From the human T2T-CHM13v2.0 reference genome, Homo sapiens, in NCBI RefSeq assembly GCF_009914755.1, contig NC_060929.1: a DNA stretch of 64,000 nucleotides; one strand, written 5' to 3'. Under the pieces are notes generated by a model that saw only the letters and a list, made by a program, of their open reading frames with translations, did no database searches and had not been told where the DNA came from. Both the position numbers and the translations under genes were made by a program. How positions within the stretch are numbered: the stretch's first letter is position 1; each line of letters begins with the position of its first letter. Below are positions 12,101 to 26,159 of the stretch, in pieces.

Positions 12101-14585
12101 AGACAGAATCATTCTCAGAAACTGCTCTGCGATGTGTGCGTTCAACTCTCAGAGTTTAACTTTTCTTTTCATTCAGCAGTTTGGAAACACTCTGTTTGTA
12201 AAGTCTGCACGTGGATAATTTGACCACTTAGAGGCCTTCGTTGGAAACGGGTTTTTTTCATGTAAGGCTAGACAGAAGAATTCTCAGTAACTTCCTTGTG
12301 TTGTGTGTATTCAACTCACAGAGTTGAACGATCCTTTACACAGAGCAGACTTGTAACACTCTTTTTGTGGAATTTGCAAGTGGAGATTTCAGCCGCTTTG
12401 AAGTCAAAGGTAGAAAAGGAAATATCTTCCTATAAAAACTAGACAGAATGATTCTCAGAAACTCCTTTGTGATGTGTACGTTCAACTCACAGAGTTTAAC
12501 CTTTCTTTTCATAGAGCAGTTAGGAAACACTCTGTTTGTAAAGTCTGCAAGTGGATATTGAGACCTCTTTGAGGCCTTCGTTGGAAACGGGTTTTTTTCA
12601 TATAAGGCTAGACAGAAGGATTCCCAGTAACTTCCTTGTGTTGTGTGTGTTCAACTCACAGAGTTGAACTTTCATTTACAAAGAGCAGATTTGAAACACT
12701 CTTTTTGTGGAATTTGCAAGTGGAGATTTCAAGCGCTTTGAGGCCAAAGGCAGAAAAGGAAATATCTTCGTATAAAAACTAGACAGAATCATTCTCAGAA
12801 ACTGCTCTGAGATGTGTGCATTCAACTCTCAGAGTTTAACTTTTCTTTTCATTCAGCAGTTTGGAAACACTCTGTTTGTAAAGTCTGCACGTGGATAATT
12901 TGACCACTTAGAGGCCTTCGTTGGAAACGGGTTTTTTTCATGTAAGGCTAGACAGAAGAATTCTCAGTAACTTCCTTGTGTTGTGTGTATTCAACTCACA
13001 CAGTTGAACGATCCTTTACACAGAGCAGACTTGTAACACTCTTTTTGTGGAATTTGCAAGTGGAGATTTCAGCCGCTTTGAAGTCAAAGGTAGAAAAGGA
13101 AATATCTTCCTATAAAAACTAGACAGAATGATTCTCAGAAACTCCTTTGTGATGTGTGCGTTCAACTCACAGAGTTTAACCTTTCTTTTCATAGAGCAGT
13201 TAGGAAACACTCTGCTTGTAAAGTCTGCAAGTGGATATTCAGCCCTCTTTGAGGCCTTCGTTGGAAACGGGTTTTTTTCATATAAGGCTAGACAGAAGAA
13301 TCCCCAGTAACTTCCTTGTGTTGTGTGTGTTCAACTCACAGAGTTGAACTTTGATTTACACAGAGCAGATTTGAAACACTCTTTTTGTGGAATTTGCAAG
13401 TGGAGATTTCAAGCGCTTTGAGGCCAAAGGCAGAAAAGGAAATATCTTCGTATAAAAACTAGACAGAATCATTCTCAGAAACTGCTCTGCGATGTGTGCG
13501 TTCAATTCTGAGTTTAACTTTTCTTTTCATTCAGCAGTTTGGAAACACTCTGTTTGTAAAGTCTGCACGTGGATATTTTGACCACTTAGAGGCCTTCGTT
13601 GGAAACGGGTTTTTTTCCTGTAAGGCTATACAGAAGAATTCCCAGTAACTTCCTTGTGTTGTGTACATTCAACTCACAGAGTTGAACGATCCCTTAGACA
13701 GAGCAGATTTGAAACACTCTTTTTGTGCAATTGGCAAGTGGAGACTTCAAGCGCTTTAAGGTCAATGGCAGAAAAGGAAATATCTTCGTTTCAAAACTAG
13801 ACAGAATCATTCCCACAAACTGCGTTGTGATGTGTTCGTTCATCTCACAGAGTTTAACCTTTCTTTTCATAGAGCAGTTAGGAAACAGTCTGTTTGTAAA
13901 TTCTGTAAGTGGATATTCTGACATCTTGTGGCCTTCGTTGGAAACGGGATTTCTTCATATTCTGCTAGACAGAAGAATTCTCAGAATCTTCCTTGTGTTG
14001 TCTGTATTCAACTCACAGAGTTGAACGATGGTTTACACAGAGCAGATTTGAAACACTCTTTTTGTGGAATTTGCAAGTGGAGATTTCAGCCGCTTTGAGG
14101 TCAATGGTAGAAAAGGAAATATCTTCGTATAAAAACTAGACAGAATGATTCTCAGAAAATTCTTTGTGATGTGTGCATCAAATCACAGAGTTTAACCTTT
14201 CTTTTCATAGAGCAGTTAGGAAACACTCTGTTTGTAAACTCTGCAAGTGGATATTCAGACCTCTTTGAGGCCTTCGTTGGAAACGGGATTTCTTCATACT
14301 GTGCTAGACAGAAGAATTCTCAGTAACTTCCTTGTGTTGTGTGTATTCAACTCACAGAGTTGAACGATCCTTTACACAGAGCAGACTTGAAACGCTCTTT
14401 TTGTGGAATTTGCAAGTGGAGATTTCAGCCGCGTTGAGGTCAATGGTAGAAAAGGAAATATCTTCGTATAAAAACTAGACAGAATGATTCTCAGAAACTC
14501 CTTTGTGATGTGTGTGTTCAACTCACAGAGTTTAACCTTTCTTTTCATAGAGCAGTTAGGAATCACTCTGTTTGTAAAGTCTGCA

Positions 14586-17500
14586 TGTGGATATTCAGCC
14601 CTCTTTGAGGCCTTCGTTGGAAACGGGTTTTTTTCATATAAGGCTAGACAGAAGAATTCCCAGTAACTTCCTTGTGTTGTGTGTGTTCAACTCACAGAGT
14701 TGAACTTTCATTTACACAGAGCAGATTTGAAACACTCTTTTTGTGGAATTTGCAAGTGGAGATTTCAAGCGCTTTGAGGCCAAAGGCAGAAAAGGAAATA
14801 TCTTCGTATAAAAACTAGACAGAATCATTCTCAGAAACTGCTCTGCGATGTGTGCGTTCAACTCTCAGAGTTTAACTTTTCTTTTCATTCAGCAGTTTGG
14901 AAACACTCTGTTTGTAAAGTCTGCACGTGGATATTTTGACCACTTAGAGGCCTTCGTTGGAAACGGGTTTTTTTCCTGTAAGGCTAGACAGAAGAATTCC
15001 CAGTAACTTCCTTGTGTTGTGTACATTCAACTCACAGAGTTGAACGTTCCCTTAGACAGAGCAGATTTGAAACACTCTTTTTGTGCAATTGGCAAGTGGA
15101 GATTTCAAGCGCTTTGAGGTCAATGGCAGAAAAGGAAATATCTTCGTTTCAAAACTAGACAGAATCATTCCCACAAACTGCGTTGTGATGCGTTCGTTCA
15201 ACTCACAGAGTTTAACCTTTCTTTTCATAGAGCAGTTAGGAAACAGTCTGTTTGAAAATTCTGTAAGTGGATATTCTGACATCTTGTGGCCTTCGTTGGA
15301 AACGGGATTTCTTCATATTCTGCTAGACAGAAGAATTCTCAGAATCTTCCTTGTGTTGTGTGTATTCAACTCACAGAGTTGAACGATGGTTTACACAGAG
15401 CAGATTTGAAACACTCATTTGGTGGAATTTGCAAGTGGAGATTTCAGCCGCTTTGAGGTCAATGGTAGAAAAGGAAATATCTTCGTATAACAACTAGACA
15501 GAATGATTCTCAGAAACTCCTTTGTGATGTGTGTGTTCAACTCACAGAGTTTAACCTTTCTTTTCATAGAGCAGTTAGGAAACACTCTGTTTGTAATGTC
15601 TGCAAGTGGATATTGAGACCTCTTTGAGGCCTTCGTTGGAAACGGGTTTTTTTCATATAAGGCTAGACAGAAGGATTCCCAGTAACTTCCTTGTGTTGTG
15701 TGTGTTCAACTCACAGAGTTGAACTTTCATTTACAAAGAGCAGATTTGAAACACTCTTTTTGTGGAATTTGCAAGTGGAGATTTCAAGCGCTTTGAGGCC
15801 AAAGGCAGAAAAGGAAATATCTTCGTATAAAAACTAGACAGAATCATTCTCAGAAACTGCTCTGCGATGTGTGCGTTCAACTCTCAGAGTTTAACTTTTC
15901 TTTTCATTCAGCAGTTTGGAAACACTCTGTTTGTAAAGTCTGCACGTGGATAATTTGACCACTTAGAGGCCTTCGTTGGAAACGGGTTTTTTTCATGTAA
16001 GGCTAGACAGAAGAATTCTCAGTAACTTCCTTGTGTTGTGTGTATTCAACTCACACAGTTGAACGATCCTTTACACAGAGCAGACTTGTAACACTCTTTT
16101 TGTGGAATTTGCAAGTGGAGATTTCAGCCGCTTTGAAGTCAAAGGTAGAAAAGGAAATATCTTCCTATAAAAACTAGACAGAATGATTCTCAGAAACTCC
16201 TTTGTGATGTGTGCGTTCAACTCACAGAGTTTAACCTTTCTTTTCATAGAGCAGTTAGGAAACACTCTGCTTGTAAAGTCTGCAAGTGGATATTCAGCCC
16301 TCTTTGAGGCCTTCGTTGGAAACGGGTTTTTTTCATATAAGGCTAGACAGAAGAATTCCCAGTAACTTCCTTGTGTTGTGTGTGTTCAACTCACAGAGTT
16401 GAACTTTCATTTACACAGAGCAGATTTGAAACACTCTTTTTGTGGAATTTGCAAGTGGAGATTTCAAGCGCTTTGAGGCCAAAGGCAGAAAAGGAAATAT
16501 CTTCGTATAAAAACTAGACAGAATCATTCTCAGAAACTGCTCTGCGATGTGTGCGTTCAACTCTCAGAGTTTAACTTTTCTTTTCATTCAGCAGTTTGGA
16601 AACACTCTGTTTGTAAAGTCTGCACGTGGATATTTTGACAACTTAGAGGCCTTCGTTGGAAACGGGTTTTTTTCCTGTAAGGCTAGACAGAAGAATTCCC
16701 AGTAACTTCCTTGTGTTGTGTACATTCAACTCACAGAGTTGAACGTTCCCTTAGACAGAGCAGATTTGAAACACTCTTTTTGTGCAATTGGCAAGTGGAG
16801 ATTTCAAGCGCTTTAAGGTCAATGGCAGAAAAGGAAATATCTTCGTTTCAAAACTAGACAGAATCATTCCCACAAACTGCGTTGTGATGTGTTCGTTCAT
16901 CTCACAGAGTTTAACCTTTCTTTTCATAGAGCAGTTAGGAAACAGTCTGTTTGTAAATTCTGTAAGTGGATATTCTGACATCTTGTGGCCTTCGTTGGAA
17001 ACGGGATTTCTTCATATTCTGCTAGACAGAAGAATTCTCAGAATCTTCCTTGTGTTGTGTGTATTCAACTCACAGAGTTGAACGATGGTTTACACAGAGC
17101 AGATTTGAAACACTCTTTTTGTGGAATTTGCAAGTGGACATTTCAGCCGCTTTGAGGTCAATGGTAGAAAAGGAAATATCTTCGTATAAAAACTAGACAG
17201 AATGATTCTCAGAAACTTCTTTGTGATGTGTGCGTTCAACTCACAGAGTTTAACCTTTCTTTTCATAGAGCAGTTAGGAAACACTCTGTATGTAAACTCT
17301 GCAAGTGGATATTCAGACCTCTTTGAGGCCTTCGTTGGAAACGGGATTTCTTCATACTGTGCTAGACAGAAGAATTCTCAGTAACTTCCTTGTGTTGTGT
17401 GTATTCAACTCACAGAGTTGACCGATCCTTTACACAGAGCAGACTTGTAACACTCTTTTTGTGGAATTTGCAAGTGGAGATTTCAGCCGCTTTGAAGTCA

Positions 17501-20500
17501 AAGGTAGAAAAGGGAATATCTTCCTATAAAAACTAGACAGAATGATTCTCAGAAACTCCTTTGTGATGTGTGCGTTCAACTCACAGAGTTTAACCTTTCT
17601 TTTCATAGAGCAGTTAGGAAACACTCTGTTTCTAAAGTCTGCAAGTGGATATTCAGACCTCTTTGAGGCCTTCGTTGGAAACGGGTTTTTTTCATATAAG
17701 GCTAGAGAGAAGAATTCCCAGTAACTTCCTTGTGTTGTGTGTGTTCAACTCACAGAGTTGAACTTTCATTTACACAGAGCAGATTTGAAACACTCTTTTT
17801 GTGGAATTTGCAAGTGGAGATTTCAAGCGCTTTGAGGCCAAAGGCAGAAAAGGAAATATCTTCGTATAAAAACTAGACAGAATCATTCTCAGAAACTGCT
17901 CTGCGATGTGTGCGTTCAACTCTCAGAGTTTAACTTTTCTTTTCATTCAGCAGTTTGGAAACACTCTGTTTGTAAAGTCTGCACGTGGATAATTTGACCA
18001 CTTAGAGGCCTTCATTGGAAACGGTTTTTTTTCATGTAAGGCTAGACAGAAGAATTCTCAGAAACTTCCTTGTGTTGTGTGTATTCAACTCACACAGTTG
18101 AACGATCCTTTACACAGAGCAGACTTGTAACACTCTTTTTGTGGAATTTGCAAGTGGAGATTTCAGCCGCTTTGAAGTCAAAGGTAGAAAAGGAAATATC
18201 TTCCTATAAAAACTAGACAGAATGATTCTCAGAAACTCCTTTGTGATGTGTGCGTTCAACTCACAGAGTTTAACCTTTCTTTTCATAGAGCAGTTAGGAA
18301 ACACTCTGCTTGTAAAGTCTGCATGTGGATATTCAGCCCTCTTTGAGGCCTTCGTTGGAAACGGGTTTTTTTCATATAAGGCTAGACAGAAGAATTCCCA
18401 GTAACTTCCTTGTGTTGTGTGTGTTCAACTCACAGAGTTGAACTTTCATTTACACAGAGCAGATTTGAAACACTCTTTTTGTGGAATTTGCAAGTGGAGA
18501 TTTCAAGCGCTTTGAGGCCAAAGGCAGAAAAGGAAATATCTTCGTATAAAAACTAGACAGAATCATTCTCAGAAACTGCTCTGCGATGTGTGCGTTCAAC
18601 TCTCAGAGTTTAACTTTTCTTTTCATTCAGCAGTTTGGAAACACTCTGTTTGTAAAGTCTGCACGTGGATATTTTGACCACTTAGAGGCCTTCGTTGGAA
18701 ACGGGTTTTTTTCCTGTAAGGCTAGACAGAAGAATTCCCAGTAACTTCCTTGTGTTGTGTACATTCAACTCACAGAGTTGAACGTTCCCTTAGACAGAGC
18801 AGATTTGAAACACTCTTTTTGTGCAATTGGCAAGTGGAGATTTCAAGCGCTTTGAGGTCAATGGCAGAAAAGGAAATATCTTCGTTTCAAAACTAGACAG
18901 AATCATTCCCACAAACTGCGTTGTGATGTGTTCGTTCAACTCACAGAGTTTAACCTTTCTTTTCATAGAGCAGTTAGGAAACAGTCTGTTTGAAAATTCT
19001 GTAAGTGGATATTCTGACATCTTGTGGCCTTCGTTGGAAACGGGATTTCTTCATATTCTGCTAGACAGAAGAATTCTCAGAATCTTCCTTGTGTTGTGTG
19101 TATTCAACTCACAGAGTTGAACGATGGTTTACACAGAGCAGATTTGAAACACTCATTTGGTGGAATTTGCAAGTGGAGATTTCAGCCGCTTTGAGGTCAA
19201 TGGTAGAAAAGGAAATATCTTCGTATAACAACTAGACAGAATGATTCTCAGAAACTCCTTTGTGATGTGTGTGTTCAACTCACAGAGTTTAACCTTTCTT
19301 TTCATAGAGCAGTTAGGAAACACTCTGTTTGTAATGTCTGCAAGTGGATATTGAGACCTCTTTGAGGCCTTCGTTGGAAACGGGTTTTTTTCATATAAGG
19401 CTAGACAGAAGGATTCCCAGTAACTTCCTTGTGTTGTGTGTGTTCAACTCACAGAGTTGAACTTTCATTTACAAAGAGCAGATTTGAAACACTCTTTTTG
19501 TGGAATTTGCAAGTGGAGATTTCAAGCGCTTTGAGGCCAAAGGCAGAAAAGGAAATATCTTCGTATAAAAACTAGACAGAATCATTCTCAGAAACTGCTC
19601 TGCGATGTGTGCGTTCAACTCTCAGAGTTTAACTTTTCTTTTCATTCAGCAGTTTGGAAACACTCTGTTTGTAAAGTCTGCACGTGGATAATTTGACCAC
19701 TTAGAGGCCTTCGTTGGAAACGGGTTTTTTTCATGTAAGGCTAGACAGAAGAATTCTCAGTAACTTCCTTGTGTTGTGTGTATTCAACTCACAGAGTTGA
19801 ACGATCCTTTACACAGAGCAGACTTGTAACACTCTTTTTGTGGAATTTGCAAGTGGAGATTTCAGCCGCTTTGAAGTCAAAGGTAGAAAAGGAAATATCT
19901 TCCTATAAAAACTAGACAGAATGATTCTCAGAAACTCCTTTGTGATGTGTGCGTTCAACTCACAGAGTTTAACCTTTCTTTTCATAGAGCAGTTAGGAAA
20001 CACTCTGCTTGTAAAGTCTGCAAGTGGATATTCAGCCCTCTTTGAGGCCTTCGTTGGAAACGGGTTTTTTTCATATAAGGCTAGACAGAAGAATTCCCAG
20101 TAACTTCCTTGTGTTGTGTGTGTTCAACTCACAGAGTTGAACTTTCATTTACACAGAGCAGATTTGAAACACTCTTTTTGTGGAATTTGCAAGTGGAGAT
20201 TTCAAGCGCTTTGAGGCCAAAGGCAGAAAAGGAAATATCTTCGTATAAAAACTAGACAGAATCATTCTCAGAAACTGCTCTGCGATGTGTGCGTTCAACT
20301 CTCAGAGTTTAACTTTTCTTTTCATTCAGCAGTTTGGAAACACTCTGTTTGTAAAGTCTGCACGTGGATATTTTGACAACTTAGAGGCCTTCGTTGGAAA
20401 CGGGTTTTTTTCCTGTAAGGCTAGACAGAAGAATTCCCAGTAACTTCCTTGTGTTGTGTACATTCAACTCACAGAGTTGAACGTTCCCTTAGACAGAGCA

Positions 20501-22060
20501 GATTTGAAACACTCTTTTTGTGCAATTGGCAAGTGGAGATTTCAAGCGCTTTAAGGTCAATGGCAGAAAAGGAAATATCTTCGTTTCAAAACTAGACAGA
20601 ATCATTCCCACAAACTGCGTTGTGATGTGTTCGTTCATCTCACAGAGTTTAACCTTTCTTTTCATAGAGCAGTTAGGAAACAGTCTGTTTGTAAATTCTG
20701 TAAGTGGATATTCTGACATCTTGTGGCCTTCGTTGGAAACGGGATTTCTTCATATTCTGCTAGACAGAAGAATTCTCAGAATCTTCCTTGTGTTGTGTGT
20801 ATTCAACTCACAGAGTTGAACGATGGTTTACACAGAGCAGATTTGAAACACTCTTTTTGTGGAATTTGCAAGTGGACATTTCAGCCGCTTTGAGGTCAAT
20901 GGTAGAAAAGGAAATATCTTCGTATAAAAACTAGACAGAATGATTCTCAGAAACTTCTTTGTGATGTGTGCGTTCAACTCACAGAGTTTAACCTTTCTTT
21001 TCATAGAGCAGTTAGGAAACACTCTGTTTGTAAACTCTGCAAGTGGATATTCAGACCTCTTTGAGGCCTTCGTTGGAAACGGGATTTCTTCATACTGTGC
21101 TAGACAGAAGAATTCTCAGTAACTTCCTTGTGTTGTGTGTATTCAACTCACAGAGTTGACCGATCCTTTACACAGAGCAGACTTGTAACACTCTTTTTGT
21201 GGAATTTGCAAGTGGAGATTTCAGCCGCTTTGAAGTCAAAGGTAGAAAAGGGAATATCTTCCTATAAAAACTAGACAGAATGATTCTCAGAAACTCCTTT
21301 GTGATGTGTGCGTTCAACTCACAGAGTTTAACCTTTCTTTTCATAGAGCAGTTAGGAAACACTCTGTTTCTAAAGTCTGCAAGTGGATATTCAGACCTCT
21401 TTGAGGCCTTCGTTGGAAACGGGTTTTTTTCATATAAGGCTAGAGAGAAGAATTCCCAGTAACTTCCTTGTGTTGTGTGTGTTCAACTCACAGAGTTGAA
21501 CTTTCATTTACACAGAGCAGATTTGAAACACTCTTTTTGTGGAATTTGCAAGTGGAGATTTCAAGCGCTGTGAGGCCAAAGGCAGAAAAGGAAATATCTT
21601 CGTATAAAAACTAGACAGAATCATTCTCAGAAACTGCTCTGCGATGTGTGCGTTCAACTCTCAGAGTTTAACTTTTCTTTTCATTCAGCAGTTTGGAAAC
21701 ACTCTGTTTGTAAAGTCTGCACGTGGATAATTTGACCACTTAGAGGCCTTCGTTGGAAACGGGTTTTTTTCATGTAAGGCTAGACAGAAGAATTCTCAGT
21801 AACTTCCTTGTGTTGTGTGTATTCAACTCACACAGTTGAACGATCCTTTACACAGAGCAGACTTGTAACACTCTTTTTGTGGAATTTGCAAGTGGAGATT
21901 TCAGCCGCTTTGAAGTCAAAGGTAGAAAAGGAAATATCTTCCTATAAAAACTAGACAGAATGATTCTCAGAAACTCCTTTGTGATGTGTGCGTTCAACTC
22001 ACAGAGTTTAACCTTTCTTTTCATAGAGCAGTTAGGAAACACTCTGCTTGTAAAGTCTGC
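14586..22060 (+). repeat. Tandem duplication, 3,738-bp (22-monomer) unit x2
   Basis: Rare variants recur at +3738: GCATGTGG (T at 14586/18324), GTAATGTC (~15595/19333), TTGACAAC (~16637/20375), GGACATTT (~17137/20875). ORF pairs 15052/18790 and 16751/20489 agree. The right end is approximate. Confidence 0.88.
18010..18026 (+). promoter_or_regulatory. Doubly disrupted CENP-B box (TTCG>TTCA and CGGG>CGGT)
   Basis: CTTCATTGGAAACGGTT; changes at 18014 and 18025. Confidence 0.87.
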
Positions 22061-25000
22061 AAGTGGATATTCAGCCCTCTTTGAGGCCTTCGTTGGAAAC
22101 GGGTTTTTTTCATATAAGGCTAGACAGAAGAATCCCCAGTAACTTCCTTGTGTTGTGTGTGTTCAATTCACAGAGTTGAACTTTGATTTACACAGAGCAG
22201 ATTTGAAACACTCTTTTTGTGGAATTTGCAAGTGGAGATTTCAAGCGCTTTGAGGCCAAAGGCAGAAAAGGAAATATCTTCGTATAAAAACTAGACAGAA
22301 TCATTCTCAGAAACTGCTCTGCGATGTGTGCGTTCAACTCTCAGAGTTTAACTTTTCTTTTCATTCAGCAGTTTGGAAACACTCTGTTTGTAAAGTCTGC
22401 ACGTGGATATTTTGACCACTTAGAGGCCTTCGTTGGAAACGGGTTTTTTTCCTGTAAGGCTACACAGAAGAATTCCCAGTAACTTCCTTGTGTTGTGTAT
22501 ATTCAACTCACAGAGTTGAACGATCCCTTAGACAGAGCAGATTTGAAACACTCTTTTTGTGCAATTGGCAAGTGGAGACTTCAAGCGCTTTAAGGTCAAT
22601 GGCAGAAAAGGAAATATCTTCGTTTCAAAACTAGACAGAATCATTCCCACAAACTGCGTTGTGATGTGTTCGTTCATCTCACAGAGTTTAACCTTTCTTT
22701 TCATAGAGCAGTTAGGAAACAGTCTGTTTGTAAATTCTGTAAGTGGATATTCTGACATCTTGTGGCCTTCGTTGGAAACGGGATTTCTTCATATTCTGCT
22801 AGACAGAAGAATTCTCAGAATCTTCCTTGTGTTGTGTGTATTCAACTCACACAGTTGAACGATGGTTTACACAGAGCAGATTTGAAACACTCTTTTTGTG
22901 GAATTTGCAAGTGGAGATTTCAGCCGCTTTGAGGTCCATGGTAGAAAAGGAAATATCTTCGTATAAAAACTAGACAGAATGATTCTCAGAAACTTCTTTG
23001 TGATGTGTGCGTTCAACTCACAGAGTTTAACCTTTCTTTTCATAGAGCAGTTAGGAAACACTCTGTTTGTAAACTCTGCAAGTGGATATTCAGACCTCTT
23101 TGAGGCCTTCGTTGGAAACGGGATTTCTTCATACTGTGCTAGACAGAAGAATTCTCAGTAACTTCCTTGTGTTGTGTGTATTCAACTCACAGAGTTGACC
23201 GATCCTTTACACAGAGCAGACTTGTAACACTCTTTTTGTGGAATTTGCAAGTGGAGATTTCAGCCGCTTTGAAGTCAAAGGTAGAAAAGGGAATATCTTC
23301 CTATAAAAACTAGACAGAATGATTCTCAGAAACTCCTTTGTGATGTGTGCGTTCAACTCACAGAGTTTAACCTTTCTTTTCATAGAGCAGTTAGGAAACA
23401 CTCTGTTTCTAAAGTCTGCAAGTGGATATTCAGACCTCTTTGAGGCCTTCGTTGGAAACGGGTTTTTTTCATATAAGGCTAGAGAGAAGAATTCCCAGTA
23501 ACTTCCTTGTGTTGTGTGTGTTCAACTCACAGAGTTGAACTTTCATTTACACAGAGCAGATTTGAAACACTCTTTTTGTGGAATTTGCAAGTGGAGATTT
23601 CAAGCGCTGTGAGGCCAAAGGCAGAAAAGGAAATATCTTCGTATAAAAACTAGACAGAATCATTCTCAGAAACTGCTCTGCGATGTGTGCGTTCAACTCT
23701 CAGAGTTTAACTTTTCTTTTCATTCAGCAGTTTGGAAACACTCTGTTTGTAAAGTCTGCACGTGGATAATTTGACCACTTAGAGGCCTTCGTTGGAAACG
23801 GGTTTTTTTCATGTAAGGCTAGACAGAAGAATTCTCAGTAACTTCCTTGTGTTGTGTGTATTCAACTCACACAGTTGAACGATCCTTTACACAGAGCAGA
23901 CTTGTAACACTCTTTTTGTGGAATTTCCAAGTGGAGATTTCAGCCGCTTTGAAGTCAAAGTAGAAAAGGAAATATCTTCCTATAAGAACTAGACAGAATG
24001 ATTCTCAGAAACTCCTTTGTGATGTGTGCGTTCAACTCACAGAGTTTAACCTTTCTTTTCATAGAGCAGTTAGGAAACACTCTGTTTGTAAAGTCTGCAA
24101 GTGGATATTCAGACCTCTTTGAGGCCTTCGTTGGAAACGGGTTTTTTTCATATAAGGCTAGACAGAAGAATTCCCAGTAACTTCCTTGTGTTGTGTGTGT
24201 TCAACTCACAGAGTTGAACTTTCATTTACACAGAGCAGATTTGAAACACTCTTTTTGTGGAATTTGCAAGTGGAGATTTCAAGCGCTTTGAGGCCAAAGG
24301 CAGAAAAGGAAATATCTTCGTATAAAAACTAGACAGAATCATTCTCAGAAACTGCTCTGCGATGTGTGCGTTCAACTCTCAGAGTTTAACTTTTCTTTTC
24401 ATTCAGCAGTTTGGAAACACTCTGTTTGTAAAGTCTGCACGTGGATAATTTGACCACTTAGAGGCCTTCGTTGGAAACGGGTTTTTTTCATGTAAGGCTA
24501 GACAGAAGAATTCTCAGTAACTTCCTTGTGTTGTGTGTATTCAACTCACACAGTTGAACGATCCTTTACACAGAGCAGACTTGGAACACTCTTTTTGTGG
24601 AATTTGCAAGTGGAGATTTCAGCCGCTTTGAAGTCAAAGGTAGAAAAGGAAATATCTTCCTATAAAAACTAGACAGAATGATTCTCAGAAACTCCTTTGT
24701 GATGTGTGCGTTCAACTCACAGAGTTTAACCTTTCTTTTCATAGAGCAGTTAGGAAACACTCTGCTTGTAAAGTCTGCAAGTGGATATTCAGCCCTCTTT
24801 GAGGCCTTCGTTGGAAACGGGTTTTTTTCATATAAGGCTAGACAGAAGAATTCCCAGTAACTTCCTTGTGTTGTGTGTGTTCAACTCACAGAGTTGAACT
24901 TTCATTTACACAGAGCAGATTTGAAACACTCTTTTTGTGGAATTTGCAAGTGGAGATTTCAAGCGCTTTGAGGCCAAAGGCAGAAAAGGAAATATCTTCG

Positions 25001-26159
25001 TATAAAAACTAGACAGAATCATTCTCAGAAACTGCTCTGCGATGTGTGCGTTCAACTCTCAGAGTTTAACTTTTCTTTTCATTCAGCAGTTTGGAAACAC
25101 TCTGTTTGTAAAGTCTGCACGTGGATATTTTGACCACTTAGAGGCCTTCGTTGGAAACGGGTTTTTTTCCTGTAAGGCTAGACAGAAGAATTCCCAGTAA
25201 CTTCCTTGTGTTGTGTACATTCAACTCACAGAGTTGAACGTTCCCTTAGACAGAGCAGATTTGAAACACTCTTTTTGTGCAATTGGCAAGTGGAGATTTC
25301 AAGCGCTTTGAGGTCAATGGCAGAAAAGGAAATATCTTCGTTTCAAAACTAGACAGAATCATTCCCACAAACTGCGTTGTGATGCGTTCGTTCAACTCAC
25401 AGAGTTTAACCTTTCTTTTCATAGAGCAGTTAGGAAACAGTCTGTTTGAAAATTCTGTAAGTGGATATTCTGACATCTTGTGGCCTTCGTTGGAAACGGG
25501 ATTTCTTCATATTCTGCTAGACAGAAGAATTCTCAGAATCTTCCTTGTGTTGTGTGTATTCAACTCACAGAGTTGAACGATGGTTTACACAGAGCAGATT
25601 TGAAACACTCATTTGGTGGAATTTGCAAGTGGAGATTTCAGCCGCTTTGAGGTCAATGGTAGAAAAGGAAATATCTTCGTATAACAACTAGACAGAATGA
25701 TTCTCAGAAACTCCTTTGTGATGTGTGTGTTCAACTCACAGAGTTTAACCTTTCTTTTCATAGAGCAGTTAGGAAACACTCTGTTTGTAAAGTCTGCAAG
25801 TGGATATTGAGACCTCTTTGAGGCCTTCGTTGGAAACGGGTTTTTTTCATATAAGGCTAGACAGAAGGATTCCCAGTAACTTCCTTGTGTTGTGTGTGTT
25901 CAACTCACAGAGTTGAACTTTCATTTACAAAGAGCAGATTTGAAACACTCTTTTTGTGGAATTTGCAAGTGGAGATTTCAAGCGCTTTGAGGCCAAAGGC
26001 AGAAAAGGAAATATCTTCGTATAAAAACTAGACAGAATCATTCTCAGAAACTGCTCTGCGATGTGTGCGTTCAACTCTCAGAGTTTAACTTTTCTTTTCA
26101 TTCAGCAGTTTGGAAACACTCTGTTTGTAAAGTCTGCACGTGGATAATTTGACCACTTA

